IMG/VR virus record: IMGVR_UViG_3300017909_004502
Span: 1-62,154 of that record
Direction: 5' to 3' (one strand)
Origin: a virus
Lineage: Duplodnaviria; Caudoviricetes
DNA length: 62,154 bases
A program made the translations under genes and the position numbers. The first letter of the stretch is position 1; each line of letters begins with the position of its first letter. The notes beneath the pieces were generated by a model. It saw nothing but the letters and a program-made list of their open reading frames with translations. It was not told where the DNA came from and ran no database searches. This document shows positions 9,762-20,196 of this stretch, piece after piece.

Positions 9762-10417
9762 GCCTGTAATATTTCCTTTATGGCGTTTGCCCCGTGCGTG
9801 TGTCTAATTGAATCAAGATATAGTTCGATCAATGCTTTATTTTCCGATGCCGGATGTATGAGAAAATGAAACCTAGGTTCATCACTGTCGTTACGTGCTT
9901 CGTGTGTGTAGTTGGTATTAAACAAGAACGCACTGTTTGGCGTGAATGGAATTTCTTCTTTGGTGTCCACTCTACGCACATAGCAGTCTTTTGGTTGATT
10001 GAATGCAACATTGACACCAGTGAACTTGGTGACTTCGCTGTCCTGATGAGGATTGAGGTGCCCGCCAGGCTCTAGGCACATGAAACTACATCCTCCATAG
10101 GTATCACTGGGAAATATGTTTTGTAAAAAATTTGTCGTTACCGGAGTGATGTCTGCCACTTCTGTATAGTAATATTTGACATCCGGTGTTGCGGGGGCCT
10201 GATTATTTGTATATGTGTCCCAATTATGAAGCATACAAGATAACCATCCGTTTGCCCATCCGGTCCTGTGCGGTGAAAAATATCCCTGGTCATATAGTGT
10301 TTTGCTTTCATCGAGACATTGCGGTGGAATGTCCAAATTCAGTTTTATGAACCACACATTGTTATCTTTTGCCCAACTGGTTATTGAGGATATTATATTT
10401 TTCAATGCAATCTCCAT
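9758..10417 (-). CDS. 2OG-Fe(II) oxygenase, Asp/Asn beta-hydroxylase-like
   Basis: LEPGG..PHQD (HxD), distal HEARN, and R.H motif. Confidence 0.8.
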   Translation of the reverse strand: MEIALKNIISSITSWAKDNNVWFIKLNLDIPPQCLDESKTLYDQGYFSPHRTGWANGWLSCMLHNWDTYTNNQAPATPDVKYYYTEVADITPVTTNFLQNIFPSDTYGGCSFMCLEPGGHLNPHQDSEVTKFTGVNVAFNQPKDCYVRRVDTKEEIPFTPNSAFLFNTNYTHEARNDSDEPRFHFLIHPASENKALIELYLDSIRHTHGANAIKEILQA

Positions 10418-10989
10418 GTTATCTTTTTGAATCTATCTTTGACTTTTTGTACTCTGGCCTCCCATTCTTCCAGTGTGATGTCATACTCGTAGTTTATGGT
10501 GTCTTCATTTTCTCTGAATTCCACAGCACCGTTACTCATATGAAATTTTCTCGCCATCTCAGTTTTTGGAGATAATGTCACAAGCCTATCAATAACATGT
10601 TCTCTTTTGAATTTTTTGTAAATTTCATTTAATATGTGTCTTCCGCCACCTTTCATCTTTGCCCACACTGTGTAGGCAACTGCAACATTGCCCAACTGTC
10701 CAGATCTGTGTGTGGCCTGTAACCAAGCATCTTTGCTCATTGCGGACATCTCCTCTACACTGGACGGCACGCCGCTACAAAAAGCCACACAAATAATTGC
10801 CATTAATTGTTTGGACTCGTTGTGCAAACCATAAATTTTTCTGCCATCATTTAAACGGAATGCAAGATCTAGTTCGGGTCTCACAGGATCTTCTGTGACA
10901 TCTATATCTGTAAGTTCGACAAGATCGTATTTTGGATCTTTTTCGAACCAGTCAGCAAATCTGGCTTTAATTTTTTTCAACTGTTCCAT
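10402..10989 (-). CDS. Hypothetical protein, possible GNAT-like fold
   Basis: YTVWA..KGGGR and FHMSNGA resemble GNAT motifs A and B. Confidence 0.55.
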   Translation of the reverse strand: MEQLKKIKARFADWFEKDPKYDLVELTDIDVTEDPVRPELDLAFRLNDGRKIYGLHNESKQLMAIICVAFCSGVPSSVEEMSAMSKDAWLQATHRSGQLGNVAVAYTVWAKMKGGGRHILNEIYKKFKREHVIDRLVTLSPKTEMARKFHMSNGAVEFRENEDTINYEYDITLEEWEARVQKVKDRFKKITWRLH

Positions 10990-10992
10990 TGA

Positions 10993-11097
10993 CTACTTGT
11001 ATATAAAAGGATCCTTTTTCTTTAATTCTTTCAATCTTTTCCTGTAGGCAATTTCTTGTTTGATCTTATTGACCAAGTTTTTCAACCAGTTAAACAT
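10993..11097 (-). CDS. Small basic 34-aa protein (not in ORF track)
   Basis: MFNWLKNLVNKIKQEIAYRKRLKELKKKDPFIYK with a GGAGG RBS; fills the gap between two genes. Confidence 0.7.
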   Translation of the reverse strand: MFNWLKNLVNKIKQEIAYRKRLKELKKKDPFIYK

Positions 11098-11881
11098 TTT
11101 TCCCTCCTATAAGTTTTTCAAATGTTGGTTTAAGTAATATTGTAGCATCTTTATGTGCTTTGTCTAGTGGATGTGTTGTTGCACGTTCGTAATCATTCAG
11201 TAAACTCCATTGATTGAAACCCATTTTGCGTTCTCCAAAGAAATGCCATTTGGTAAAATCTATTTCTTCATGCAATTTACCAAGTAATGCATCGTCGTTC
11301 TGCTTTTCCACAAACTCGTTATAAAACAAACTGTTATCAGCAAGAGTGAACATAAAAGGAATATTCTTTTTTTCCAGTATGTTCTGCAACCAAATAATAC
11401 TCTTCCAACTGAGATAAGTTTCATGGTAATCATTGGCCGCGTGTTTGTATAATGATTCTGCGAAAGGTCTCACACCAGACTCGATAAAATCCTTCTGCCT
11501 GGTTTTCCATTCTTCCTGTGCGGTCTCACTGCCTGCCAAGGTCCTAAATGCTTCTTCTTGTCCGGCATTGGTGTCCCACGGTGATATACTTGCCCATCGT
11601 GTGTTCTCTAAAACACGATGCCGGGGCATGGCCCAGTCGTATCTTGACAAAAAACTCCACATGACTACAACACTATCGGTGTCATTATCGATGGCTTGGA
11701 ACACACGCCTAGCGATGGCTGAATTGCCCGCTCCGCCTCTGGCCACACAGACGTATTTTCCCTTTAGTTGACTTTGATAAAGATTGTATGCCCATGTGTG
11801 TTTGGACGGTGTCTTCCCGTCATCATCACTGAGCTCGTTTCCAAATGTAAAACTACAACCGCCTGCTATAAAATTAGTCAT
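11090..11881 (-). CDS. SGNH/GDSL-like hydrolase or acyltransferase
   Basis: Motifs GCSFT (block I), GAGN..IAR and C-terminal THP..AH. Confidence 0.65.
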   Translation of the reverse strand: MTNFIAGGCSFTFGNELSDDDGKTPSKHTWAYNLYQSQLKGKYVCVARGGAGNSAIARRVFQAIDNDTDSVVVMWSFLSRYDWAMPRHRVLENTRWASISPWDTNAGQEEAFRTLAGSETAQEEWKTRQKDFIESGVRPFAESLYKHAANDYHETYLSWKSIIWLQNILEKKNIPFMFTLADNSLFYNEFVEKQNDDALLGKLHEEIDFTKWHFFGERKMGFNQWSLLNDYERATTHPLDKAHKDATILLKPTFEKLIGGKNV

Positions 11882-13040
11882 AAATTTTCAACACATTATT
11901 TAAAAGTGGAAAAGTATCAGCAAAATTTTCTTGTCTGTACTGATCTGCCATTAATATTCTTTGTTTTCTCTGTTTTCTTATTTCATCGGTGTCCCTGTCT
12001 TGTAAATTCATGTACCTTAGTGTGCCCGCGAAATCCTTTAGATTGCTGTATCGTGAATTCACAATATTTTTTATTTGCTTGGGCAATGTTTGTATGTTGA
12101 ACACGTCCGGATCAAAACAAGTGTTTACATAAAAAAATTTAGGTTCAAACTGTCTAACCCATAAGTTTAATTTTGCCAAACTAAAAATATTAAAAATATT
12201 AATCGTGCTACAAATCTGGAACTCCATGTTCTGCGTTTGATACACCTTGAATTGATTTAGATTGTAATTAACTTCTTTCCATTTTGCCGGATGCCTTTGG
12301 TATTCAAACTGTTCTCCCACATCGTCGATACTGAACGCTATTTCCACACGCTTGAAATGGCGCCATAGATCAAATATCTCTCTAGGGGGTAACTGTGTGC
12401 CGTTGGTGTTGTAATGTATGTCTTGATTTTTAGCATATCCTTTTTCAACACAATGCTCCAATATCTTGAAATGATTTTTAATCATAAACGGTTCGCCGCC
12501 TGTGAACTCAAAATATTCCGCTTCTGCTAGATCCTCTTTCACGTCCTCGAAAAATTTAGGATGTCGCTTGGGCCATCCGCCCTCTGTCAAATTTTTACGT
12601 GCAACTGGATTTTCTCCGTAGTCCAGTTCCTCCTGTGCCCATTTGCTGGAACTCCACGATCCACATATCCTGCATTTGAGATTACACACATTGCCCAACT
12701 TAAAATCAATAAATTTTAAAGAAGGCTCGCTATTGGGTGTCCAGTCCGTTAAACTTGTTTTCATTTTGTAAATGCTGTTCATACGTTTTGATGTTTTTCC
12801 TGCGTCCTCTTCCGCCCAACAGTTTGAGCAACCCTCTGGACGTTTGCCATTCCTAAACTGTTCACGCAACTGTTCCATGAACTCGGTCTGTTGTATATTT
12901 TTCAAGCCTGTTTCGTAAACTTTGACTCCCGGCACACTGCCCTTGTATAGACAGCAAGGCGATGCACCACCGTTCACATCTATCTCAAGGTGTGTCCAAG
13001 GCAAAGGACAAACATTTGTTTTTATATACTTGTCCACCAT
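11874..13040 (-). CDS. Radical SAM protein with N-terminal twitch/SPASM-like domain
   Basis: N-terminal CPLPW, CC and CSNC; core CNLKCRIC, GGEPF and YNTNG. Confidence 0.92.
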   Translation of the reverse strand: MVDKYIKTNVCPLPWTHLEIDVNGGASPCCLYKGSVPGVKVYETGLKNIQQTEFMEQLREQFRNGKRPEGCSNCWAEEDAGKTSKRMNSIYKMKTSLTDWTPNSEPSLKFIDFKLGNVCNLKCRICGSWSSSKWAQEELDYGENPVARKNLTEGGWPKRHPKFFEDVKEDLAEAEYFEFTGGEPFMIKNHFKILEHCVEKGYAKNQDIHYNTNGTQLPPREIFDLWRHFKRVEIAFSIDDVGEQFEYQRHPAKWKEVNYNLNQFKVYQTQNMEFQICSTINIFNIFSLAKLNLWVRQFEPKFFYVNTCFDPDVFNIQTLPKQIKNIVNSRYSNLKDFAGTLRYMNLQDRDTDEIRKQRKQRILMADQYRQENFADTFPLLNNVLKIYD

Positions 13041-14353
13041 TCTAACGCCCTTTTATTTTTCTGTAAAATTTTTGTAATGTCGGTTCCTCGAATTTTGTCT
13101 AGCCGTTCGATCTGCTTTTTACCGTTACGCTGTCCTTGAACATATTCATCACCGCTGTACACCAGATCATTATTACGTTTTTGCCTTTTCATTTCTTCAA
13201 GTTGTGCAAAAAATTCGTTTGTACGCCAACTCTGTAAATGTTTTGTATTTGCAACCGCGTCGTCTATTATCTCACACATGATGTCGTATGGCATAAACAA
13301 AGGTGCCATGGCCTGATCATTGCTGAAATTAAAAACCTGTTTGGTTAGCAATTTGGTGTTCATGTCGTCTGCAAGTTTAACCATGTTTTCTAAGTCGAAT
13401 AGTCCAGGCAAAGTTATTGTAAGATCTAATTGTATACGTTGTTCATGACCTTTTATGTAAGTCATTCCGTGTTTCATGTTTTCATACCATTCGTTGTATT
13501 TCAAACCGGTTCTGATGTATTCACCTATTTCACCTGTGCCGTCGATAGATGCACATATTTGGAACTTGGGAAAGTATTTTAATATGTCTTCAAAAAGATC
13601 TTTTTTGTAATATTTGATCCGACTCATGTTACTGTTGTACCTGGCCAACACTTGATCCGCATAACCAAGATCCAACACACGTTGCATGGCCTCCCAATGT
13701 ATCTTCCACATCAACGGCTCGCCACCGCACCAATAAAATTCAGTTATTCTTTTTTGTTCCACTGCTTCTGTAAATTCTTTTACTACTTGTTGATCATGAA
13801 ACTGTGTCAATTGTTCTTTGATGTCTTTGCGACCCCATAGGTCATACTTCTCATATGTTTTACCGTGTTTCCTATTTTCTGCTTCCCAACTACTACTCAA
13901 CATATCACCGCACATCCTACAACTAAAGTTACAAAGATTGCTGAACCTATAATCAAAACTTTCCACTTTCATTGTGGTGGCACCTGTCTGGTCAGTGGAG
14001 TCATATGCTTCGTCTATCTTGTTCCTATAATATTGATTGAAATGGTTCCTATACACAGAGTTGTTTAATAATTTGTGATTGCACACACTACATTGTGGTA
14101 TCTCTTCGCCAGCAAGTAATTTTAAACGAACTGATTTCATGTATTCCGAATTCCAATGTTCATCTAAAGTTGTGAGATTGACTGTATCAGTATTTCCGGA
14201 TCTGTCGTATGTGTCTATGTACTGTTTGAAATTACTAGAATCCTCACGTGAACTGCAACACAGCCTACGTTCCATCTGAGGCGACAGATACGTGTGCGTC
14301 CAAGGTGCCATGCAGAATGTTCTATTGCCGTCTTTAGGCTTTACTCTTGTCAT
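13022..14353 (-). CDS. Radical SAM protein with N-terminal twitch domain
   Basis: CMAPW, CC and CSVC; core CNFSCRMC and GGEPL. ATG 14353 is preferred over 14389. Confidence 0.92.
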   Translation of the reverse strand: MTRVKPKDGNRTFCMAPWTHTYLSPQMERRLCCSSREDSSNFKQYIDTYDRSGNTDTVNLTTLDEHWNSEYMKSVRLKLLAGEEIPQCSVCNHKLLNNSVYRNHFNQYYRNKIDEAYDSTDQTGATTMKVESFDYRFSNLCNFSCRMCGDMLSSSWEAENRKHGKTYEKYDLWGRKDIKEQLTQFHDQQVVKEFTEAVEQKRITEFYWCGGEPLMWKIHWEAMQRVLDLGYADQVLARYNSNMSRIKYYKKDLFEDILKYFPKFQICASIDGTGEIGEYIRTGLKYNEWYENMKHGMTYIKGHEQRIQLDLTITLPGLFDLENMVKLADDMNTKLLTKQVFNFSNDQAMAPLFMPYDIMCEIIDDAVANTKHLQSWRTNEFFAQLEEMKRQKRNNDLVYSGDEYVQGQRNGKKQIERLDKIRGTDITKILQKNKRALEWWTSI

Positions 14354-15632
14354 ATTTGTCAAAAAATTCTTTCCATTCTGGAAAAACATCTAATGTGCTT
14401 TCATTCCTTATCTCGTCGTATCTTCTGGTGTTAGCAAAAAACAGATCCATGTGCTTCTGATTGTCTGTTTTGAACATCCAGTCCAATGCAGATTCGAAAC
14501 CCTTTGTTGCCCTGGTCAGAGAATCCTGTGTCTTTAACCAGTCTATGTGTTTGTCATACTTTTCTTTAACTTGATTTTTGTATTCTGGTGGCAATATATC
14601 CATCCTTTGCCAAACTGGATGTTGCAATAAATTAAAGTTAAAATCTTGCGGCTTTATAAGTCCTTGTTCGACCCAACTGCGATGAAAATCAGGAACGTGT
14701 AAACTGTTAATCAACCCAACTGTGGAACTAATATAAAAATCCACTTGTGGGCAAACTTCCATCATGCGTTTCCTATTAGCAACAGTTTCATTCCAGACTG
14801 TGCCTTTACGCATCAATTCTGCCCGTTCACCTTCAGCATCCAGGCTGGCTCCAACAGATACCGAATCAAATTTGTTCCATAATTCAAACACATCGATATC
14901 TTTAAATGTTGTCCTACTAAAGTTTGTGTTGTATATCAATCTCACATGATACATTTTTCGTTTGTCTAATTCTTTTAATATTCTATAGTGTTCTTCCATT
15001 ATGATTGGTTCACCACCAGCAAAGTAAAACTGTTCGGTATGGTCAAATGACTCTAACATCTGTTCCCATAGATCATTGGTATGCCTTCCCACTTTCATCA
15101 CTTTGGCGTGTGGCGGAGGACTACCTGTTAGTTTTTTATGATCTTCATACCAATTAGAACTAAACCAAGTACCGCAACTTCTACAGGCCATGTTGCACAA
15201 ATTTGAAAATCTTATATCCCAATACTTCATTACAAAATCTGCAGTTCCGTCAGGCAGTGTGTTGTGTACTAAAGGAATATTATGCCCAAAATGTTTGTTT
15301 GAACTTAGACGTAAACTAAAAAATCCCGACTTCTCTTGATCATAACACTTCATACATTCACGTGACTTTTTGTTATTCAACATACGCACCCGCATCTCTT
15401 TCATCTTGTCACCGTTGAATACCTCCTTCAAACTGTTCTTGTTTAAATTGCCAACATCATAGGGATCAAAAGCGAAACAGCACGGATAGGCTCTACCATC
15501 CGGATATGCATGGAGATGCATCCATGGTAAGATACAAAATGTTTCCGAATCAATAAGTAACTCCTTCTCTCGCGGAGTCATGTCTTTTATTTTAAGTTTT
15601 TCGGGCTCCTTGGCCCCGTACTCATATGCCAC
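14334..15632 (-). CDS. Radical SAM protein with N-terminal twitch domain
   Basis: CILPW, CC and CMKC; core CNMACRSC and GGEPI. Confidence 0.92.
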   Translation of the reverse strand: MAYEYGAKEPEKLKIKDMTPREKELLIDSETFCILPWMHLHAYPDGRAYPCCFAFDPYDVGNLNKNSLKEVFNGDKMKEMRVRMLNNKKSRECMKCYDQEKSGFFSLRLSSNKHFGHNIPLVHNTLPDGTADFVMKYWDIRFSNLCNMACRSCGTWFSSNWYEDHKKLTGSPPPHAKVMKVGRHTNDLWEQMLESFDHTEQFYFAGGEPIIMEEHYRILKELDKRKMYHVRLIYNTNFSRTTFKDIDVFELWNKFDSVSVGASLDAEGERAELMRKGTVWNETVANRKRMMEVCPQVDFYISSTVGLINSLHVPDFHRSWVEQGLIKPQDFNFNLLQHPVWQRMDILPPEYKNQVKEKYDKHIDWLKTQDSLTRATKGFESALDWMFKTDNQKHMDLFFANTRRYDEIRNESTLDVFPEWKEFFDKYDKSKA

Positions 15633-16965
15633 GATACCATTCTCCTATAATTGGGAAAGTTTTTTCAAAGTCCTTTCCTCTGCGTTTGTCGTATTGACTG
15701 TAAAATGTTTTGAAATCTTTTTGTAGTTTGTCCTGTGTGGCCGCACCCGCATGCGGTGTTTTTACCACGTCCAAGTAATCAATTAAACGTTTTGTATGAT
15801 TTATTTCCATGCCCTCTAACCATTTCTCATTAGTAGTTAAGAACTTTTCAATGTCACCCTTAAATTTATTTCTAAGATCATCAGGCAAAACAAGCGGTGA
15901 TTGGAAACTAGGAAATCTCAATATGTTCAATGTGTAATTCATAGGAGTACCATAAACTTTACTGCTGTTTTTGAACCAAACTATTGTCTCTAAAAATTCC
16001 GCTAGGCTCTCCAGACACAGTGCATTAATTGTACACATATTATGGATTGCCATTGGAACTTTATGCACCATGAAATCCAGCACATTCTTGTACCATTCGT
16101 TGTACTCAAGACCGTCCCTGATATATTCCGCCTGCTTGAATGTGGCTTCATTTGATGTGTACAATTCGAAACGTTTGAAATTTTTTAGTTTATCTTTAAA
16201 TCGTTCCAGTATTTGATCTTTTGCACCCAAGTTGCTATTGATTGCAATACGCATGTCGGGGTTCATTTTATCACCTTGCGTTTCTACCCAATCCAACAAA
16301 CGCCATAGGTTGGGCGACATCATGGGCTCTCCGCCTGTGATACGTAACTCATCTAAACTTTTATGCAGGTCAGTCTCCCACCATTTGTAGAACGCTTCAA
16401 CGTAAGGATTTGTCTCGTCTTTTTTGTACGGTTCCGCCGAGTCATGTGCGTGTGTAAAATGATTCCTACCGTCAGATTGCAAATTTGTATATGGACCTTT
16501 TTGTTTTATGTCGTTTGCCCACGTGGTGCTAAAAGCAGGATTACAATATGTACAAGCAAACTGACAAGTCCTGTCAAAAGCAATCTCTAACGTTTTTAAA
16601 TTGTGATTGGCATTGTGATCTGTTTCAAATGCTGTTTGTAAATCTTGCTCGTTAAAAATTTTTGATTTGTAAACTCTGTCACTGATAGCGTCCCTGCCCA
16701 TGTCTTCAATTTTCCAACAGTATTCGCAACCAGCAGGACGTTCGCCGCACTGCATCTGTCTACGTTGTTCCTTTTTTTGCCGTGTATTGTGTATTGCACT
16801 TGGATTTGTTTTTATTTCTTCTAGATCAATTTTATGGGGCAATGGGTGATGGCAACTTGTGGTCATTCCCGATCCCAACCAAATGGTTGCATTGTACCAC
16901 TTGGCACCACAAAAACTCGCACTCTTGGTGTCTAATACTTGTTTTTTGTATTCTAAATCATCCAT
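15622..16965 (-). CDS. Radical SAM protein with N-terminal twitch domain
   Basis: CGAKW, SCHHP and CEYC; core CQFACTYC and GGEPM. Confidence 0.92.
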   Translation of the reverse strand: MDDLEYKKQVLDTKSASFCGAKWYNATIWLGSGMTTSCHHPLPHKIDLEEIKTNPSAIHNTRQKKEQRRQMQCGERPAGCEYCWKIEDMGRDAISDRVYKSKIFNEQDLQTAFETDHNANHNLKTLEIAFDRTCQFACTYCNPAFSTTWANDIKQKGPYTNLQSDGRNHFTHAHDSAEPYKKDETNPYVEAFYKWWETDLHKSLDELRITGGEPMMSPNLWRLLDWVETQGDKMNPDMRIAINSNLGAKDQILERFKDKLKNFKRFELYTSNEATFKQAEYIRDGLEYNEWYKNVLDFMVHKVPMAIHNMCTINALCLESLAEFLETIVWFKNSSKVYGTPMNYTLNILRFPSFQSPLVLPDDLRNKFKGDIEKFLTTNEKWLEGMEINHTKRLIDYLDVVKTPHAGAATQDKLQKDFKTFYSQYDKRRGKDFEKTFPIIGEWYRGI

Positions 16966-17662
16966 AATAATTCTTTAACTTATCTAGTTCTTGTTGCGGT
17001 GCTAGTACGTCACTCTTGAACATAACATCCTTTGCCCAATAGTAGTGTGCTATAGGCGGTGGGTGTGATTCACCACTGACATAATCATTTGCAAAGTGAT
17101 CCATACCAAATTCATACAAGCCTTGATTGCCGTTGTAGAAAATAAATTTGTGCCAATCGATTTCATTGTAAAGATCTCGCTCACTATCACTATAAAAGTT
17201 TGTCCTTAACACATCTTGTTTGTAAATCATCATTGTGTATGGAATTGTGTAATTGGTCAAAAACTGTTGCGTTCTCAATATGTGTTCAAGTGTCCTATAT
17301 TGCTGTGCATTTTCATTCCAAAAATGCCTTCTGTAGTAATCATGCTTATCTTTTTCTGGATGGCCTCCATACCAGGTCCACCAACGATTTCTCTCGTTGT
17401 GTGTGTAATATGTCTGATTGCCCGGTATGTTATCTTCCGTGATAACTTCGTAACGGTCAACTCCCGACCACATGATGTACATATGACTGATTCCCGACTT
17501 TAATTCCATTGCACTATCTATAGCGGCTCGGCTTATGGTCTCGTTCCCACTGCCTGATTGGCCACGGTTCAACATTTTCTTGTCAGTGAACCATTCAACG
17601 AACTTGGGCCAACACGGCCATCCGTACCTAGTGAAACTACATCCGTGTGCTACCGTGATCAT
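16958..17662 (-). CDS. SGNH/GDSL-like hydrolase or acyltransferase
   Basis: Motifs GCSFT, GSGNETISR, MWSG.DR and SHP..AH. ATG 17662 lies in an ATGA overlap. Confidence 0.65.
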   Translation of the reverse strand: MITVAHGCSFTRYGWPCWPKFVEWFTDKKMLNRGQSGSGNETISRAAIDSAMELKSGISHMYIMWSGVDRYEVITEDNIPGNQTYYTHNERNRWWTWYGGHPEKDKHDYYRRHFWNENAQQYRTLEHILRTQQFLTNYTIPYTMMIYKQDVLRTNFYSDSERDLYNEIDWHKFIFYNGNQGLYEFGMDHFANDYVSGESHPPPIAHYYWAKDVMFKSDVLAPQQELDKLKNYYG

Positions 17663-19029
17663 GAGTTCTTGCACTCCTCCCAGAATTCTAACATCTCAGG
17701 AAACGTGTTCTCGAATCTCGTCGAACGTCTGCGATCGTGTTCGTTAAAAAATGCGTAAAAATTGCGTTTAGTTTCCGCGTCAGCGTTTGCGTTTTTTTGC
17801 CAATAAGCAAGATTGCGTAGCATTTTTTGAATTTCAAAGTCCTTGAATATGTGTAGTCCCTTGTCCTCTCCGGAATTCTGTCTCATCCACTCTATGTTGT
17901 CTCTGTGTATTTCCTGGTATGACTCGGGCAGTAGTGTGATCTGTTGCCATGCGGGTTGGCGCAACAACGGTATGTCGAACCATACACGCTGATAATCCTT
18001 GCTGTGCTTCCTTCTAAGTTCCAATATGCCTTCCAACAATGGACGCAGTCCAGTCACACTGAGGTTGTTGTATGTGATTATGAAAGTTACACTGTTCCTG
18101 TAAGGAATGCGTTCCAGAAACTCGTCCACGTTGGCCCACATCACATCAAAGTTCAAACCGTTACGTATGTATTCTGCCTGTTTGCCCCAACTGTCCACGC
18201 TCACGAACTGCATGAAATGTTCTACCTTTTGCTCTAAACAGATCTTCTGCACCATGTTGAAGTATTTGTTCTTAAGTTTCGGATCCGGTGGACACATGTT
18301 GCTGGTGACATTCAAATGCAGGTCATCCTTGGGATGGTCAATTACATATTGCAAAACCTTGTAGGTGTTGTTGTCCATCATGGGTTCACCACCGGTCATG
18401 CGGAAGTGTTTGAGATTCTTGTACAGTTCAGGCCACCATTGCCAGAATGCCTCCACGTAGGGATTTGACTCCCTGTTGGGAATGGGCCTGCGCCTGCCCT
18501 GGAAATGCTCGGGTGCGTTGTGTGGTGGTGAGGTGGGGAACTCACCGTAGGTGTCGGTTTCTTTGCCCCAGGTAGTGGAGAACTGTGGCGAACAGTAACT
18601 ACACTTGAAATTACAAGCATGGTTGAAATTAACTTCCACATACCTGGGTGTCCAACTACTTGTCATTGGATTCTGTTTGATTGCTTCGAGGTCCTGCATG
18701 GCCCATGGCTCACCGGATCTGTAGTGCCTGTCCGACATCTGGCCGGCGTCCTCTATGTTCCAACAATAACTGCAACCAGAAGGTTTTTCACCCTTCAGCA
18801 TCTGTTCACGCTGTTGCAATTTTTCTGCGGTGTTGTGCAGTGCGGCCGGATTGTGCTTCAACTGTTCAGCATCTATCTCGTGCAGGGGTGGGTGATAGCA
18901 ACTGTTTGTGAGTCCCGTGGGCAGGTGTAATGAAACCTGGTTCCACTTGGCCAGGCACATGGTAGGTGATACTTCTGCCAGTTTCTTTTTGGCATTCTCT
19001 GCCTGTGACTTATATTCACTTGTACTCAC
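17659..19029 (-). CDS. Radical SAM protein with N-terminal twitch domain
   Basis: CLAKW, SCYHP and CSYC; core CNFKCSYC and GGEPM. Confidence 0.92.
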   Translation of the reverse strand: MSTSEYKSQAENAKKKLAEVSPTMCLAKWNQVSLHLPTGLTNSCYHPPLHEIDAEQLKHNPAALHNTAEKLQQREQMLKGEKPSGCSYCWNIEDAGQMSDRHYRSGEPWAMQDLEAIKQNPMTSSWTPRYVEVNFNHACNFKCSYCSPQFSTTWGKETDTYGEFPTSPPHNAPEHFQGRRRPIPNRESNPYVEAFWQWWPELYKNLKHFRMTGGEPMMDNNTYKVLQYVIDHPKDDLHLNVTSNMCPPDPKLKNKYFNMVQKICLEQKVEHFMQFVSVDSWGKQAEYIRNGLNFDVMWANVDEFLERIPYRNSVTFIITYNNLSVTGLRPLLEGILELRRKHSKDYQRVWFDIPLLRQPAWQQITLLPESYQEIHRDNIEWMRQNSGEDKGLHIFKDFEIQKMLRNLAYWQKNANADAETKRNFYAFFNEHDRRRSTRFENTFPEMLEFWEECKNS

Positions 19030-19912
19030 GGTCTTGCACTCCTCTGTTGATGTGTGGTGGCATCACGAATCTGTAGAAACGACTCTCCGTCTCGTCATAT
19101 TCCGCGATAGGTATGTCCAACTGTTGCCTCAGGCTGTTACCGAACATCAGTAATTCCTCATCTATGTTGTCCACTTGTAATTCCTTGTAGTATTTCTCAA
19201 GATCGTCAAGATCCCGCACTTTGAAAAAATCATTTTGATAGTCCACCACTGTGTAAAAGCAACCTATCCTTGCTCCGAGCATGGCCCATTTTCCAAACTC
19301 GACATCCGCACCCACAGTACACCAAGTGCTTAATATCCTTAGATTGGTTGGCCATATGTTTTTGAAATCCGCGGGCGGTATTGGTTTGCCTTTGTCCGTG
19401 CTCATTTTAACGCCTTCCCTAAATCCGGCCACAAAGGCCTGTTGGCTTGTTGAATTTATCACCGTGGTCGAGTAGCAGTTGTGCAGGTTTTCGTGTGGCA
19501 CCCCCCAACAAAAGTCTATTTGATTTTCTTCTGTGTCTGCGTTCTCATGGGTCTTCATGTCAAGACAAGTCTGCCTTGGCCAACCCACCACGCCGCCGTT
19601 ACCATACACAAGACCATTGATGCTGTTTTTTGCACGCCATCTGTGCACCGCTTTGGGATCGGTTTTGGACCAGTCTAGTGTCTGCAATAGAAATGTTTCA
19701 TCCAATATGTTGTCACCGTCTATGCTAATGAAAAAGTCTGTATTTGCCAATTCTGCCGCGGCCTTGTGTGCGGAATCAAAACCTTTCACACCGTCCACTC
19801 GTTTGGCCCATGGCACCTTGTTCTTGAGGTCTGCCCAGTTCTGTTCCTTGTTGGGCTCCTTGTAACTGATGTAAACGAAATCAAGATCGCTTACTCGTAC
19901 TCTATCAGCCAT
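19016..19912 (-). CDS. GT-A fold glycosyltransferase-like protein
   Basis: Motifs YISYKEP, GVKGFDSAH, DGDN (DxD) and YGNGG. Confidence 0.7.
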   Translation of the reverse strand: MADRVRVSDLDFVYISYKEPNKEQNWADLKNKVPWAKRVDGVKGFDSAHKAAAELANTDFFISIDGDNILDETFLLQTLDWSKTDPKAVHRWRAKNSINGLVYGNGGVVGWPRQTCLDMKTHENADTEENQIDFCWGVPHENLHNCYSTTVINSTSQQAFVAGFREGVKMSTDKGKPIPPADFKNIWPTNLRILSTWCTVGADVEFGKWAMLGARIGCFYTVVDYQNDFFKVRDLDDLEKYYKELQVDNIDEELLMFGNSLRQQLDIPIAEYDETESRFYRFVMPPHINRGVQDREYK

Positions 19913-20196
19913 GTTTCGCCTCCTTCCACCACATCATTGGGCCAGTGTATATCACCCTGTTCGAACGTGTATCCCTTATCTGCCTTTTTGAGGACACTGT
20001 AACGTGTTTTTGGTTTTGGCACGGGTTTCAACAATATTTCTGGACCAAACTTTGCAGGTTTGACCATGTAGTTTTCCTCACCGTGTCGTTGTATTTCTAA
20101 TTTTTTTTGCAGGCTCACCTGATACTGTTTGCCTTGTATTGTGACAAAATGTTTTTTAGGTGGTTTGGGTGGCAACCCTTTAAATATCACGGACAT
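19891..20196 (-). CDS. Hypothetical protein
   Basis: 101-aa ORF overlapping both neighbours in the operon. Confidence 0.7.
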   Translation of the reverse strand: MSVIFKGLPPKPPKKHFVTIQGKQYQVSLQKKLEIQRHGEENYMVKPAKFGPEILLKPVPKPKTRYSVLKKADKGYTFEQGDIHWPNDVVEGGETWLIEYE

